The notes beneath the pieces were generated by a model that was not told where the DNA came from, searched no databases, and worked only from the letters and a program-made list of their open reading frames with translations. From a virus (lineage: Duplodnaviria; Caudoviricetes): DNA of 52,867 bases. Position 1 is the stretch's first letter; each line of letters starts with the position of its first letter. This document shows, piece after piece, positions 7,877 through 18,480 of the stretch. The position numbers were made by a program, and so were the translations under genes. The DNA lies in IMG/VR virus record IMGVR_UViG_3300008255_000160, positions 1 through 52,867 of that record; one strand, written 5' to 3'.

Positions 7877-8302
7877 ATGTTGATGCATTTGTTCGAAGAC
7901 TCTGACCTTCCTTACGGAAATCATTATTTCAATGGTGGTTAGATCACTCAAGGCGGTAAATTTATTGAATGTGATCATGAAAATGATTTACATCATGACG
8001 AAATATTTATTGAACTTATGGGCAACAAATTAGATTTTGATCACGACTATGCACGTGAAGCAGGAATTGAACATGGATGGATCAGAGTTGCTGGCTTGGT
8101 TGATCCAGAAGGCGAATTCCCTATTGAAATTGGCCAGCCTCTTGTAACACGCAAACAATGGCACCGCCTTGATAAGATTTTTCAAGACGAATGGATGGGA
8201 CAAACCATATTGGTTGAATTACCAGAAAGATATTACCAGTTTGGTAATCCACGTGGTGCTATGAATTTCCTTACACACTTTATAAGAAGAATAGATAAAT
8301 AG
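7877..8302 (+). pseudogene. hypothetical late protein interrupted by an in-frame TAG (7940-7942)
   Basis: ATAAATA-N5-ATG at 7877 is in frame with ORF 8018; GG*ITQGGKFIE suggests TGG changed to TAG. Confidence 0.6.
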
Positions 8303-8306
8303 TATC

Positions 8307-8678
8307 ATGCGTATCAGAGACATATTCGAATCGGCTGCAAAGTTTGACATTGATGAAAAGAAGCGGGAAGATACCGTTTCTTTATATGCGACCACACGGG
8401 ATGAAAAACCAGTTGTGGCTGCCACCATTGTTATTGTGGATTCCACCATTACACAAATTGATATTAACAAAGAAGCCAAACATCATAAAGATGCAATGTT
8501 TGAACTATTAAACTACCTGTGTAAGAGACAAGATGATCAAAATGTACCTATTGCTGTTGTTGCAGATAAATTAAAACCTGCCATGAAAAGAAAATTTGAA
8601 AACTTTGGATTTGTAATGGGTGATGATAATATTATGATCCGGAGGCCCGGTGCAGCATTACCAATAACATTCATTTGA
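8307..8678 (+). CDS. hypothetical late protein, weak GNAT-like fold
   Basis: Late promoter upstream; C-terminal KRKFENFGF resembles the GNAT motif B region. Confidence 0.6.
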   Translation: MRIRDIFESAAKFDIDEKKREDTVSLYATTRDEKPVVAATIVIVDSTITQIDINKEAKHHKDAMFELLNYLCKRQDDQNVPIAVVADKLKPAMKRKFENFGFVMGDDNIMIRRPGAALPITFI

Positions 8679-8699
8679 CCTTTAAATATAAATATACCT

Positions 8700-9035
8700 G
8701 TGAGGTATATTATGAGCATTAAAGATTATCTTCCTGATGATATCAAGAGATTGAAAAAGAGCAAAGAGGACTCTCTTGATCTTTTAACAAAAGCGATATT
8801 GTTCAATTTCAAGGACAATTTGAAAAAACAGCGCAAGAATTCCAAATTGAAACAGGCTGATCTTGCTGAAATGGTTGGATTGAAACAACCTGCAATATCG
8901 AGAATAGAGAATCATGATAATTCAAGTTTGTCTTTGACAACATTGCAACAAATTGCAATAGGTATGGATTGTGTTCTTGTAGTTGATGTTATTCCTCGTG
9001 ATGAATTGCTGCAACAGATAGAAAAAGACGATTGA
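8700..9035 (+). CDS. XRE-family helix-turn-helix protein
   Basis: LKQADLAEMVGLKQPAISRIEN..SLTTLQQIA. Confidence 0.9.
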   Translation: MRYIMSIKDYLPDDIKRLKKSKEDSLDLLTKAILFNFKDNLKKQRKNSKLKQADLAEMVGLKQPAISRIENHDNSSLSLTTLQQIAIGMDCVLVVDVIPRDELLQQIEKDD

Positions 9036-9090
9036 CACATGATATCGTAAGCTTATACTTCGAACAAATCAAATTACGGGGTTCGAAGGA

Positions 9091-10464
9091 ATGAGTAATA
9101 CGTTATCACATGTATCAGTTGACAAGATTCCTGCCATTGTTGAAATTCTCTGGAAATCCAAAAAGGTTCCAATGCTTTGGGGACCACCGGGTGTTGGTAA
9201 ATCTGAAGTCAATGCTGCAATAGCGGCAAATGGGAAATATAAAATTCCCATGTATTCCGAACTTTGTGAAGCATACCCCGAATTTAACGCTGTGTGTGGA
9301 CAGGAATTTCAAGGCCGCACCGTGTATGATAACCGTTTGCTATTAATGAATCCCACTGATTTGAAAGGTCTTCCGGTATACAATCAAGAGAAACGTGAAG
9401 CTGAATGGCTTTTGACCAATAATTTGCCTATGTCGGAAGACCGGCTTGAAGAACTTATCGGTATTCTGTTACGTGCAGACAAACAGAATGTAGATACGAT
9501 TGCCCGCATCAAGGAACGGGTACACAAAGCATTGCATGATCAATTTGCTATCATTTTCCTTGATGAAATTTCATTGGCACCAAAACTGGTTCAAGGAGCA
9601 GCCCTTCAACTTGTTCTCGACCGTGCAATTGGTGAAAACAAGATGCCAGCGGGTGTTGACATTGTTGCAGCCGGAAACCGGACATCTGACAAAGTTGGGG
9701 CAACCAGCATGTCACCTGCATTAGTGTCGCGGATGATTCATATCAATATTGAAGAACCAAATTATAACAAATGGCGCGATTGGGCGGTTGAAAACGATGT
9801 CGCTCCTGAAATCATTGGTTATTTGAAATTCAAACCAGAGGATTTGTTTGATTTTGATGCCAAGTCTGTATCAAGCCGCACTGGATCATCCAATTTCCCA
9901 ACACCACGCACATGGGTATTTGCATCTGACATCTATAAAGATGCAGTCGAAATGTTGGACAAGAACAAAAACGACTATCGTCATACCATGGAAGCATTGC
10001 TTGCTGGTACTGTAGGCGAAGGCGTTGCAGCTAATTTCCTTGCATGGGTGGATGTATATGTACTTCTTCCAGACCCGAATGCTGTTCTGGATGGCAAAAT
10101 CGAACATATTGATTTTGAAGAAGTCGTCAAATCTCATGCAAAAGATCGTGACGTGAAATCAAAAGCATTGTCCATGAAGTATGCTTTCCTGATGGCGCTC
10201 ATTTCGTCTCTATCAAGGGATTTCACCTTTGACCGGGCAAACAATGCTGCCAATTTCGTCAATGGAACAGGAGTTGACGATGCTGAATGGGCAATGGTTC
10301 TTGTTGTGATGATTGTTCGTATGGCGACCGATAACAATAGCAACACAACTGTCAAACAGGTGTTTGGCAAATTGATGAAAGAGGATACACCTTGGCGTCG
10401 TATGAATCAGAAATTGGGGTCATTGACAAAGGCAGAAGATAAAAGCGTGAAAGTCGCTGGCTAA
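9091..10464 (+). CDS. MoxR/dynein-related AAA+ ATPase
   Basis: GPPGVGKS, IIFLDE, AAGNR, SPALVSR, FPTPRTW. Confidence 0.9.
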   Translation: MSNTLSHVSVDKIPAIVEILWKSKKVPMLWGPPGVGKSEVNAAIAANGKYKIPMYSELCEAYPEFNAVCGQEFQGRTVYDNRLLLMNPTDLKGLPVYNQEKREAEWLLTNNLPMSEDRLEELIGILLRADKQNVDTIARIKERVHKALHDQFAIIFLDEISLAPKLVQGAALQLVLDRAIGENKMPAGVDIVAAGNRTSDKVGATSMSPALVSRMIHINIEEPNYNKWRDWAVENDVAPEIIGYLKFKPEDLFDFDAKSVSSRTGSSNFPTPRTWVFASDIYKDAVEMLDKNKNDYRHTMEALLAGTVGEGVAANFLAWVDVYVLLPDPNAVLDGKIEHIDFEEVVKSHAKDRDVKSKALSMKYAFLMALISSLSRDFTFDRANNAANFVNGTGVDDAEWAMVLVVMIVRMATDNNSNTTVKQVFGKLMKEDTPWRRMNQKLGSLTKAEDKSVKVAG

Positions 10465-11945
10465 TGGATGCTAGTGTCATCATACGCGAATGGTTGAACC
10501 CCGATCAACCCAAATTGGACCCAAATGAACTTGGGTTCAATCCTTATCGTGAAATAACCAAATTAAAAATCAGTATTGCAACATCGATTCCATTTTTTAG
10601 TACGTTTGTTGTCAGTTATCCAACCGTGATCATGCCACCGAATCATCCTTTGATCACAACGGCGGCAACAGATGGAAAATACTTTTTTTTCAATGCATTA
10701 TTCATGCATTTGTTGAATCCGAACGGGTTGGATCGTGAGAATGGGGCGCAAAAATTTGTGTTCTGTCACGAAATCATGCATTTGATTTATGATTCCCGAG
10801 GCCGCAGAGGCTCACGTGATCCACAATTGTGGAATGTTGCAACAGATTATATCATCAATCAGACTTTAATGGATTTCGGTTTGGAGATGCCAACTGTTTC
10901 TGCAATGCGTGATGCAATGATTGAAGTATCACAACGGTATGCAAATGATCCAGCCCGTGATGACGAAATTGCAGAAGCTGTGAACAAAGTGTTTCACCGT
11001 AATCATACTGGTGATTATATCGGATTATATGATACCCGTTTCCATGGCATGACGGCTGAGCAGGTTTATGAACTCCTCAAAAAAGAGGACGAAGAAAAAG
11101 AATCTGATGATTGCCAATCCGGTGATGACGACGATGATAAAGGTTATTCGTCTGGTAGTGGCAAGGGGATGAGTCTGCACCGCGACAAGCAAACATTGGA
11201 CGTTCACACTATTGATGACTTGTCAGAAGAAGAGCAAAAAGAAATTAGCCGTTCTGTGCGCGATTCCACGCTGCGGGCAGTTGCTTCTGAACGCCAACGG
11301 ACAAATAACAAAGGTGATATACCAACAGGCATATTACAAGTTATTAATGAATTTCTGAAACCGAAAGTACCATGGGCTGATCTCATTGTTGCCGAAATGG
11401 ATAGTCTTCGCATAAGTGACTATTCACCATTGCGGGTCGATCCTCGTTTTTTCAGTGGTAACGATATAACAGGACCAATGACGCTTCCGGGCGTCGAACA
11501 TGAGACCAAAGTCAACATTGGTATCATGGTGGATACATCTGGATCAATCACTGATGAAGACCTTCGTAAGGTCTTAGGTGAATTACAAGGGATTATTCAA
11601 CAATTTGATGATTTCAATATTGATATCATTTCGTGTGATACTCGTGTTTATAATGAAGAAAATTATGACATGGAGAATGGTGACGAGCTTGTAGCTTACC
11701 CGTTCCGTGGCGGTGGTGGAACCGAGTTTGCTCCCGCGTTCGAACGCATGAAAGAATTGAATGAATCAAATGACGAACCCTTTGATGCATTGATTTATTT
11801 CACTGATGGTTACTGTGGCGGCTATTGGGGAGAAGAGTATCAAGATTACTTCACCAAAATGATATGGGTCATTGTACAAGGTTATGAAAACAGTGCACCT
11901 GTTCCATCATGGGGCACTACCATATATTATGATCAATATGAGTAA
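10464..11945 (+). CDS. metallopeptidase-like (HExxH) plus VWA domain protein, AAA partner
   Basis: TAATDG, HEIMH, WNVATDYIIN, MIDAS DTSGS, GGGGT, YFTDG; coupled to the AAA gene by TAATG overlap. Confidence 0.88.
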   Translation: MDASVIIREWLNPDQPKLDPNELGFNPYREITKLKISIATSIPFFSTFVVSYPTVIMPPNHPLITTAATDGKYFFFNALFMHLLNPNGLDRENGAQKFVFCHEIMHLIYDSRGRRGSRDPQLWNVATDYIINQTLMDFGLEMPTVSAMRDAMIEVSQRYANDPARDDEIAEAVNKVFHRNHTGDYIGLYDTRFHGMTAEQVYELLKKEDEEKESDDCQSGDDDDDKGYSSGSGKGMSLHRDKQTLDVHTIDDLSEEEQKEISRSVRDSTLRAVASERQRTNNKGDIPTGILQVINEFLKPKVPWADLIVAEMDSLRISDYSPLRVDPRFFSGNDITGPMTLPGVEHETKVNIGIMVDTSGSITDEDLRKVLGELQGIIQQFDDFNIDIISCDTRVYNEENYDMENGDELVAYPFRGGGGTEFAPAFERMKELNESNDEPFDALIYFTDGYCGGYWGEEYQDYFTKMIWVIVQGYENSAPVPSWGTTIYYDQYE

Positions 11946-12406
11946 GATAAAGAGACTTCAAGATTAGATGCATCCTCTTTTGAAGAGAACCATATCCTGT
12001 GATCAAATACTGACCATGGTTTTGTAACAACTGCTTCTATTAACCCTTTGATATTATCCAATGCATGTGGATTACCATTGATGACAATGATACCACCATA
12101 TTGGTGAGTATCAGAATCATGAAAACAATAAATTCCATCTGCTGTGAAATGCATACCCCCGTCTACTCCACCAATTTCAAAGAAATCAAAACGTGTAAGT
12201 TCCAACTTGCATAAGGGTGGTTGAATATTCAATAGACTGAAATTTTTTGCACATTCAATATTGGTACCTCCGATATTGAAGACCGCATTCATATTCAATT
12301 GTTTTATATGAACTTTTGAAAAGGAAATCACCCGTTCACCCAACATGGCGTGTACATCTGAATCCATTAATACCAAATCTTGTGCTGATTCATTCATAAT
12401 ACGCAT
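11933..12406 (-). CDS. hypothetical protein
   Basis: 157-aa ORF filling the gap. Confidence 0.6.
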   Translation of the reverse strand: MRIMNESAQDLVLMDSDVHAMLGERVISFSKVHIKQLNMNAVFNIGGTNIECAKNFSLLNIQPPLCKLELTRFDFFEIGGVDGGMHFTADGIYCFHDSDTHQYGGIIVINGNPHALDNIKGLIEAVVTKPWSVFDHRIWFSSKEDASNLEVSLSYSY

Positions 12407-12530
12407 ACCATCTAGGTGTAAGTATCTTCACCTTATGATATAATTTATAGAAAGCGAGCACAAAATGGCAGCGAGAATGTCCTATTCTTGTAATGAGAAC
12501 CTATTATCAAAAACGTGGAGTACCCCCGAA

Positions 12531-15272
12531 ATGACAACCCCGGATACAATTGAAGTCATCAAAAGAGATGGATCAAGAGAAATACTAAATCTAGACAAAA
12601 TACACAAAGTTCTATTTTGGGCCTGTGAAGATATAACAGGTGTTTCTGTTTCAGAAATCGAGTTAAGAGCCCAACTTCAATTGGCTGATGGTATCAAAAC
12701 GACAGAAATACATGAAACCATAATCAGAGCTGCATCGGATTTGATTTCAGAGGAAACACCCAATTATCAATTTGTTGCAGCCCGTTTGATCAATTATCAA
12801 TTGCGCAAAGAGATTTATGGTGGGCCAACACCATGTTCGGTCAAAGAACTGGTTGTTCATAATGTGCAAGCTGGTGTCTATGATCAGATGCTATTGACCG
12901 AATTCAATGATGATGATTTCTTGCAATTTGATGATATCATTAAACACAAACGTGATTTTGAATTATCGTTTGTTGCCATGGAACAGTTCCGTGGCAAGTA
13001 TCTGGTTCGTAACAGAGTAACAGGACAGTTTTATGAAACACCACAAATGGCGTATTTGTTGATTGCTGCAACAATGTTTGTCAACGATGGCGAAAACCGT
13101 ATGGAGCATATCAAAGAATATTACGATATCATATCAACCCACAAGATATCACTGCCGACACCGGTTATGGCCAAGGCCAGAAAACCTGAAAGACAGTTTT
13201 CATCATGTGTGCTGGTCACAACGGATGACACAATGCGGTCCATCGAAGCAACAACGTCCGTCATCTATCGTTATATTTCGAACAGTGCTGGTCTGGGTAT
13301 TGATGTTGGAAGCATTAGAGCCATTGGTTCACAAATCAGAAACGGTGATACCGAGTCAACCGGGCTTATCCCCTTTATCCGCTCCTTTCAAAGTGCAGTA
13401 AAAAGCTGTAGTCAGGGTGGAATCCGTGGGGGCGCAGGTACGGTTACATACCCGTTCTTCCATTATGAATTTGATTCTCTTGTTGTACTAAAGAACAACA
13501 AGGGCACTGAAATGAATCGCATACGGCAACTGGATTATTGTGTTCAGTTTAACAGACTGGCATACCGCAGACTTACTCAAAACAAGGACATAACATTTTT
13601 CTCTCCACAAGATGTGCCAGACCTAATGGATGCATTTTATTCTGGCAACAATGATTTGTTCGAAGAACTTTATGTAAAATATGAAAACAATGATAGCATT
13701 CGTAAACACTCTATGAAAGCTATTGAACTGTTTTCATCATTAATGACTGAACGGAAAGAAACCGGTAGAATATACATTCAAAATATTGATCATGCGAATA
13801 ATCATGGATCATTCAAACCGGAACTGGCACCCATTAAACAAACAAACCTTTGTGTCACTGGTGATACAAGCATTACTGTTCTCCGGGTTAGTGGAGAAAT
13901 AGAAGAAGTGAACATTAGTGATCTTGGACAAATATTGTTTGAAGATGATGATGATACCTTTGTATGGTCCCACGATACAAAAACTAGTGAATCCAATTTC
14001 AAACCAATCAAGGCTTGGGCAGAAACATCAGCAAGCACCACGGTGATGCGTATAACAGATGAAACAACCGGAGTTTCCATTAAGTGTACTCCCGATCATC
14101 AGCTATATACTAAAAATAGAGGATATATTGCAGCAAAAGAGTTACACGAAGACGACGAACTCTTATATAAAGTACATTCAGCCAATAGTAAAATATTAAA
14201 AATAGAAACACTTGAGGAACAAGAAGCAGTATACGATATCACTGTAGGAGATAATGAAAATTTCTTTGCCAATGGTATTTTGGTACACAATTGCGTCGAG
14301 ATAGACCTCCCCACCCGTCCATTGGATGGCATTGAAGACCCCAATGGGTGGGTTGCATTGTGTACACTATCGGCCATCAATTGGGGTAAGATCAAAAGGC
14401 CGGAAGACTTTGAACATCCAGCACGGTTAGCGGTTCGTGCTTTGGACAATTTGATTGATTTTCAATCATATCCGGTCAAAGCAGCAGAAACGCATACAAA
14501 ATTATTCAGGCCTTTAGGTATTGGTATTATCAATCTTGCGTACTTTCTGGCAAAGAATGACAAAAAGTATGACAATGATGCCTTGGAACTAATTCATGAG
14601 TATGCAGAGGCGTGGTCATATTACTTGATACGTGCATCCGTTGATCTGGCCAAGGAGAAAGGACCATGTGAAGGCCTTCATATGACCAAGTACAGCGAAG
14701 GTGTTCTGCCTATTGATACCCGTGCCCGTTCGGTTGATACGCTTGTTGAACACAAGGAGCGGCTACCATGGGAAGAACTCAGAAACGATTTGAAAAAGTA
14801 TGGAATTCGTAATGCAACCCTGATGGCATTGATGCCTTCTGAAACTTCTGCCCAGATTGCGAATGCAACCAATGGAATTGAACCACCACGTGGACTGGTA
14901 TCTGAAAAAGTATCCAAACATGGTGTTTTGAAACAAGTCGTTCCTGAAATCCACAAATTGAAAAACAAATATGATTTACTCTGGGATCAACCGTCTCCTA
15001 CAGGGTATTTGAATATTATGGCAGTATTACAGACCTTTACTGACCAAGGAATTTCCGTGAATATCTCGTACAATCCCGAGTTGCATGAAGATGGTTCCCT
15101 GTCCATGAAGATGTTGATCAATGATTTGTTGCATTTCTACAAATTTGGTGGGAAACAATTATACTATCATAATACGTATGACGGCCAGCGCGATGAATCT
15201 TCTGATTATCAACAGGAACAACCAGTTCTTGAAGAATTAGAGGAAACAGAATGTGAAAGTTGTGTCCTTTAA
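12531..15272 (+). CDS. nrdA: ribonucleotide reductase class Ia alpha subunit with ATP cone and mini-intein
   Basis: VIKRDG, QFSSC, SQGGIRGG, TNL|C..HN|CVEI, LYY, C-terminal CESC; GGAG RBS before 12531 (track start 12465). Confidence 0.97.
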   Translation: MTTPDTIEVIKRDGSREILNLDKIHKVLFWACEDITGVSVSEIELRAQLQLADGIKTTEIHETIIRAASDLISEETPNYQFVAARLINYQLRKEIYGGPTPCSVKELVVHNVQAGVYDQMLLTEFNDDDFLQFDDIIKHKRDFELSFVAMEQFRGKYLVRNRVTGQFYETPQMAYLLIAATMFVNDGENRMEHIKEYYDIISTHKISLPTPVMAKARKPERQFSSCVLVTTDDTMRSIEATTSVIYRYISNSAGLGIDVGSIRAIGSQIRNGDTESTGLIPFIRSFQSAVKSCSQGGIRGGAGTVTYPFFHYEFDSLVVLKNNKGTEMNRIRQLDYCVQFNRLAYRRLTQNKDITFFSPQDVPDLMDAFYSGNNDLFEELYVKYENNDSIRKHSMKAIELFSSLMTERKETGRIYIQNIDHANNHGSFKPELAPIKQTNLCVTGDTSITVLRVSGEIEEVNISDLGQILFEDDDDTFVWSHDTKTSESNFKPIKAWAETSASTTVMRITDETTGVSIKCTPDHQLYTKNRGYIAAKELHEDDELLYKVHSANSKILKIETLEEQEAVYDITVGDNENFFANGILVHNCVEIDLPTRPLDGIEDPNGWVALCTLSAINWGKIKRPEDFEHPARLAVRALDNLIDFQSYPVKAAETHTKLFRPLGIGIINLAYFLAKNDKKYDNDALELIHEYAEAWSYYLIRASVDLAKEKGPCEGLHMTKYSEGVLPIDTRARSVDTLVEHKERLPWEELRNDLKKYGIRNATLMALMPSETSAQIANATNGIEPPRGLVSEKVSKHGVLKQVVPEIHKLKNKYDLLWDQPSPTGYLNIMAVLQTFTDQGISVNISYNPELHEDGSLSMKMLINDLLHFYKFGGKQLYYHNTYDGQRDESSDYQQEQPVLEELEETECESCVL
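13851..14291 (+). mobile_element. cis-splicing mini-intein (147 aa, no endonuclease) in NrdA
   Basis: CVTGDT..CTPDH..VYDITV..ILVHN, followed by the thiyl-radical Cys. Confidence 0.95.
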
Positions 15273-15349
15273 AGACATGAAACAACCAAAAGTTTTAATG
15301 ATGCAACGTATTTGGTTTTGGCCAATTGAAATACGAATGGAGAAGACGA

Positions 15350-16513
15350 ATGTCAGTGTTTAAAAAGCGTAAAATAAGTCATCTGGATGCAAAACTGTTT
15401 TTTGATCCTCATGGAAATGTGGATATCGCGCGGTATGAAACTTTGAAATACAGAGATTTGGATCATTTGTATCGTAAGATGCGAGGGTTCTTTTGGACAC
15501 CTGATGAAGTTGATGTAAATGGTGACAGGAAAGATTTTGCTAATTTGGCAGAACACGAGAAACATATTTTCACATCTAATTTGAAACGTCAGATATTGTT
15601 GGACAGTATTCAGGGTCGTGGTGTCAATTTGGCATTATTGCCTTATGCTTCGTTGCCAGAATTGGAACCATTAATTGAAACATGGGCATATTTTGAAACG
15701 CTACACAGTGATTCGTATACACACATAATAAGAAATGTATATCCAAATCCGTCTACTGTGTTTGATGAAATGACTGAAATAAAACAAATTGTTGAGTGTG
15801 CTGATGATATCACATTGTATTATGATGATTTTATAGAATATGCCAAATATTGGGATTTACTTGGAGAAGGATCACATGAGGTTCGTTCCTCATCGAAAGC
15901 AAACGAATATAAAAACAAGACCATTGTTATTAACGAGTATGAACTAAAAAAGAAGTTCTGGTTGTGTATGACGGCAATCAATATTCTTGAAGGTATTCGT
16001 TTTTATGTCAGTTTTGCGTGTTCATGGGCGTTTGCTGAAAACAAGAAGATGGAAGGTAATGCAAAAATAATTAAGTTCATTGCAAGGGATGAAAACTGCC
16101 ATCTCTCTGTATCTCAAAAACTATTACGTAACATGTTGGTCAACGATGATCCAATTTTCAAAAAAATCAAAGAAGATACTGAAGAACAATGTTTGAATAT
16201 GTATGAAACAGCAATGCTGCAAGAAAAGGAATGGGCAACATTTTTGTTTAAAGATGGTTCTATTCTTGGATTGAATGAAAAACTGTTATCAGACTATGTG
16301 GACTGGATCGGTACTCAACGGATTCGTGCTGTCAACCTCAAGCCACGGCATTCAAGCCCCACTAACAACCCGTTGCCGTGGACAGAATCTTGGATATCTT
16401 CCAAGAACAGACAAGTAGCACCACAAGAATCAGAAATCGAATCATATGTCATTGGTAAGATGAACAATGATGTTGACGAAGAATCGTTCAAAGATTTCAA
16501 TTTCGAGGAGTGA
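15350..16513 (+). CDS. nrdB: ribonucleotide reductase class Ia beta subunit
   Basis: FFWTPDEV, LLDSIQGR, ETLHSDSY, EGIRFYVSF, RDENCH, VAPQESE. Confidence 0.97.
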   Translation: MSVFKKRKISHLDAKLFFDPHGNVDIARYETLKYRDLDHLYRKMRGFFWTPDEVDVNGDRKDFANLAEHEKHIFTSNLKRQILLDSIQGRGVNLALLPYASLPELEPLIETWAYFETLHSDSYTHIIRNVYPNPSTVFDEMTEIKQIVECADDITLYYDDFIEYAKYWDLLGEGSHEVRSSSKANEYKNKTIVINEYELKKKFWLCMTAINILEGIRFYVSFACSWAFAENKKMEGNAKIIKFIARDENCHLSVSQKLLRNMLVNDDPIFKKIKEDTEEQCLNMYETAMLQEKEWATFLFKDGSILGLNEKLLSDYVDWIGTQRIRAVNLKPRHSSPTNNPLPWTESWISSKNRQVAPQESEIESYVIGKMNNDVDEESFKDFNFEE

Positions 16514-16516
16514 TGA

Positions 16517-16753
16517 ATGTTTAAAATTTATACCAAACCAGACTGTAGGTATTGTGTTCATGCAAAACAAGTATTGAAAAGCAAGGGGTTAGACTTTGAA
16601 GAAATCAGTGCTACTACACATAAGGTGCAATTGATTGAACAAGTTGTTCAAACAGGGTCACCACCGCCCAAAACAGTACCACAAATCTTTCATAATGATG
16701 ATTATATAGGTGGATATGAACAACTCGTGATATATTTATCCAACATTAAATAG
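16517..16753 (+). CDS. glutaredoxin
   Basis: CRYC, TVPQIF, IGGY. Confidence 0.95.
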   Translation: MFKIYTKPDCRYCVHAKQVLKSKGLDFEEISATTHKVQLIEQVVQTGSPPPKTVPQIFHNDDYIGGYEQLVIYLSNIK

Positions 16754-16841
16754 GTATATTCCCTCGTTGCATACATAATGGTTGTAAATATAAGTGATCA
16801 ATGAGTTAATTTGATAATTTGTGGTTATGATTTAATAATGT

Positions 16842-17303
16842 ATGATGAAAAAAATGAAAAAAGAATTGAATGATTTTAAAGATACTATTGAAAAGGTTGA
16901 ATTCAATATCTTTTCTATTCGTCGTTTTATTCAAACATATCCGGGATTAGCGTGGATTAAGAAGTATGACTCCAATACGGACAAATTCATCATGATTGAA
17001 TTATCTGATGTTTATTTGTCTTTGTTGATAAATGATGGAAAGAAAGAGTATTTAAATTCATCCGACGATGAAATCTGGCCAAAAGATGTAGCAGAAGAAT
17101 CTAAAAAGAATGATTTAAAGGCTATGCTTGAAGGCAAGATTAGAGTCAAAGAACGTTTCTATTCGCCAGCAACCAAGGTTTTTGGTTGCTTTGAGGGGTG
17201 GAAGTGGTCATTCATGCTCAATAATACGGTATACATAGCAGGGATTGGTGAACTGTTATCTCCTGCTCTTGATGAAACAGAATTCATGAAAAGGGGAGAA
17301 TAA
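16842..17303 (+). CDS. stand-alone PAS-fold protein
   Basis: PGLAWIK..EYLNSSDDEIWPKDVAEESKKND..K..IAGI follows the PAS_4 pattern. Confidence 0.65.
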   Translation: MMKKMKKELNDFKDTIEKVEFNIFSIRRFIQTYPGLAWIKKYDSNTDKFIMIELSDVYLSLLINDGKKEYLNSSDDEIWPKDVAEESKKNDLKAMLEGKIRVKERFYSPATKVFGCFEGWKWSFMLNNTVYIAGIGELLSPALDETEFMKRGE

Positions 17304-17590
17304 TGTCTACCGAAATAGAGCTTTTTAGACAACAGGCGATACTAATGGAACGAATGGAGACAAAAATTTCCAAAATGGAAGAACAAGTCAACACTATGGC
17401 TATTGCGGTAGCACGTATTGACGAACGATTTAAAACTCTTCCAGCAAATGCAGAAAAGCTTAAACATCTTGAAACACGCATTGTTGTGCAAGAAACCAAA
17501 GGCAGAATCTGGGGATCAGTTTTTGGTGCAGTTGCTGGCGCAGTTACCGCACTTGTTGTTGGGTTGTTGATACGATATTTCACAAGCTAA
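17303..17590 (+). CDS. coiled-coil protein with C-terminal TM helix (holin/XhlA-like)
   Basis: Heptad-rich N-terminus and hydrophobic C-terminus; directly upstream of the endolysin. Confidence 0.6.
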   Translation: MSTEIELFRQQAILMERMETKISKMEEQVNTMAIAVARIDERFKTLPANAEKLKHLETRIVVQETKGRIWGSVFGAVAGAVTALVVGLLIRYFTS

Positions 17591-17623
17591 TCATAAATAG
17601 TATTCTATAAGGGAATACTGTTT

Positions 17624-18469
17624 ATGGCTATCAAAGATTTAAAAGAATTTAAAAACATTTCAGACGAAGACACATTTACCATAGTAGATCATATGGTTTA
17701 TCGTGAAGGTCAGCAAATCCCCTTTATTCCACATGACAAACGGGCGGGTAGAAGTGAAATTGATCCAAAATTCTTTGTATATCATTATACTGCTGGACGC
17801 TTCGGAATAGATGGAACGGTCAATTATCTCAAAAATGTTAATACTAAGGCAGATGTTCATTTGATTTTGGATGTTGAAGGGAATTTGGTTCAAATGGCTC
17901 CCCTCAATGAAAAATGTTGGCATGCTGGGAAATCATCGTACAAAGGTTATATTGGTCTTAATAGTAGTTCATGTGGCATTGAAGTTATCAATCCCGGCCC
18001 GCTTGATATTATAGATAATGGTGTTTATAAAACATGGTTTGGTAAGGTGTACATTAATGCAACACACATATCTGAGGCAACCATAGAAACATTCAAGAAC
18101 AATGGTGCAACAATTAGAAATGACATCATCGAACGGGCTCATCAGTTGCATCCAAATGAAAAAAAATATGGGTGGTTGCCTTATTCAAAACAACAATTAA
18201 ACGTGATGACAAATTTGGCACAAGCCATTTGTCATCATTATGACGCTGAACTGGTAGGCCATGATGAAATAACAACCCGCAAGCGTGATCCGGGGCCACT
18301 TTCTGAAATTGATCGTATGAGAGAGATGATCGAGGGGAGAGACAATGATGGTAACGATACTGTCACTATGCCTGCTATGCTTTTGGAGGACGAAATACTT
18401 GCGCAAAGTGGAAGACCTGTAAATATAAAGACGGGCTTTTCGCGATTGTTAGGTCTGTTCCGTAGATAG
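17624..18469 (+). CDS. N-acetylmuramoyl-L-alanine amidase (endolysin)
   Basis: VYHYTA, WHAGKS, GIEVIN, GHDEI..KRDPGP; ATAAATA upstream. Confidence 0.92.
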   Translation: MAIKDLKEFKNISDEDTFTIVDHMVYREGQQIPFIPHDKRAGRSEIDPKFFVYHYTAGRFGIDGTVNYLKNVNTKADVHLILDVEGNLVQMAPLNEKCWHAGKSSYKGYIGLNSSSCGIEVINPGPLDIIDNGVYKTWFGKVYINATHISEATIETFKNNGATIRNDIIERAHQLHPNEKKYGWLPYSKQQLNVMTNLAQAICHHYDAELVGHDEITTRKRDPGPLSEIDRMREMIEGRDNDGNDTVTMPAMLLEDEILAQSGRPVNIKTGFSRLLGLFRR

Positions 18470-18480
18470 GAGCATTTTTC

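Noticed and set aside
7940-7942. Genome-wide TAG reassignment
   Set aside because: Only one clear in-frame TAG; long genes are intact in code 11 and several ORFs (18469, 21158, 24717) end plausibly at TAG
12405-12422. NrdR box upstream of nrdA
   Set aside because: TACCATCTAGGTGT matches only half of the palindrome and has no tandem partner
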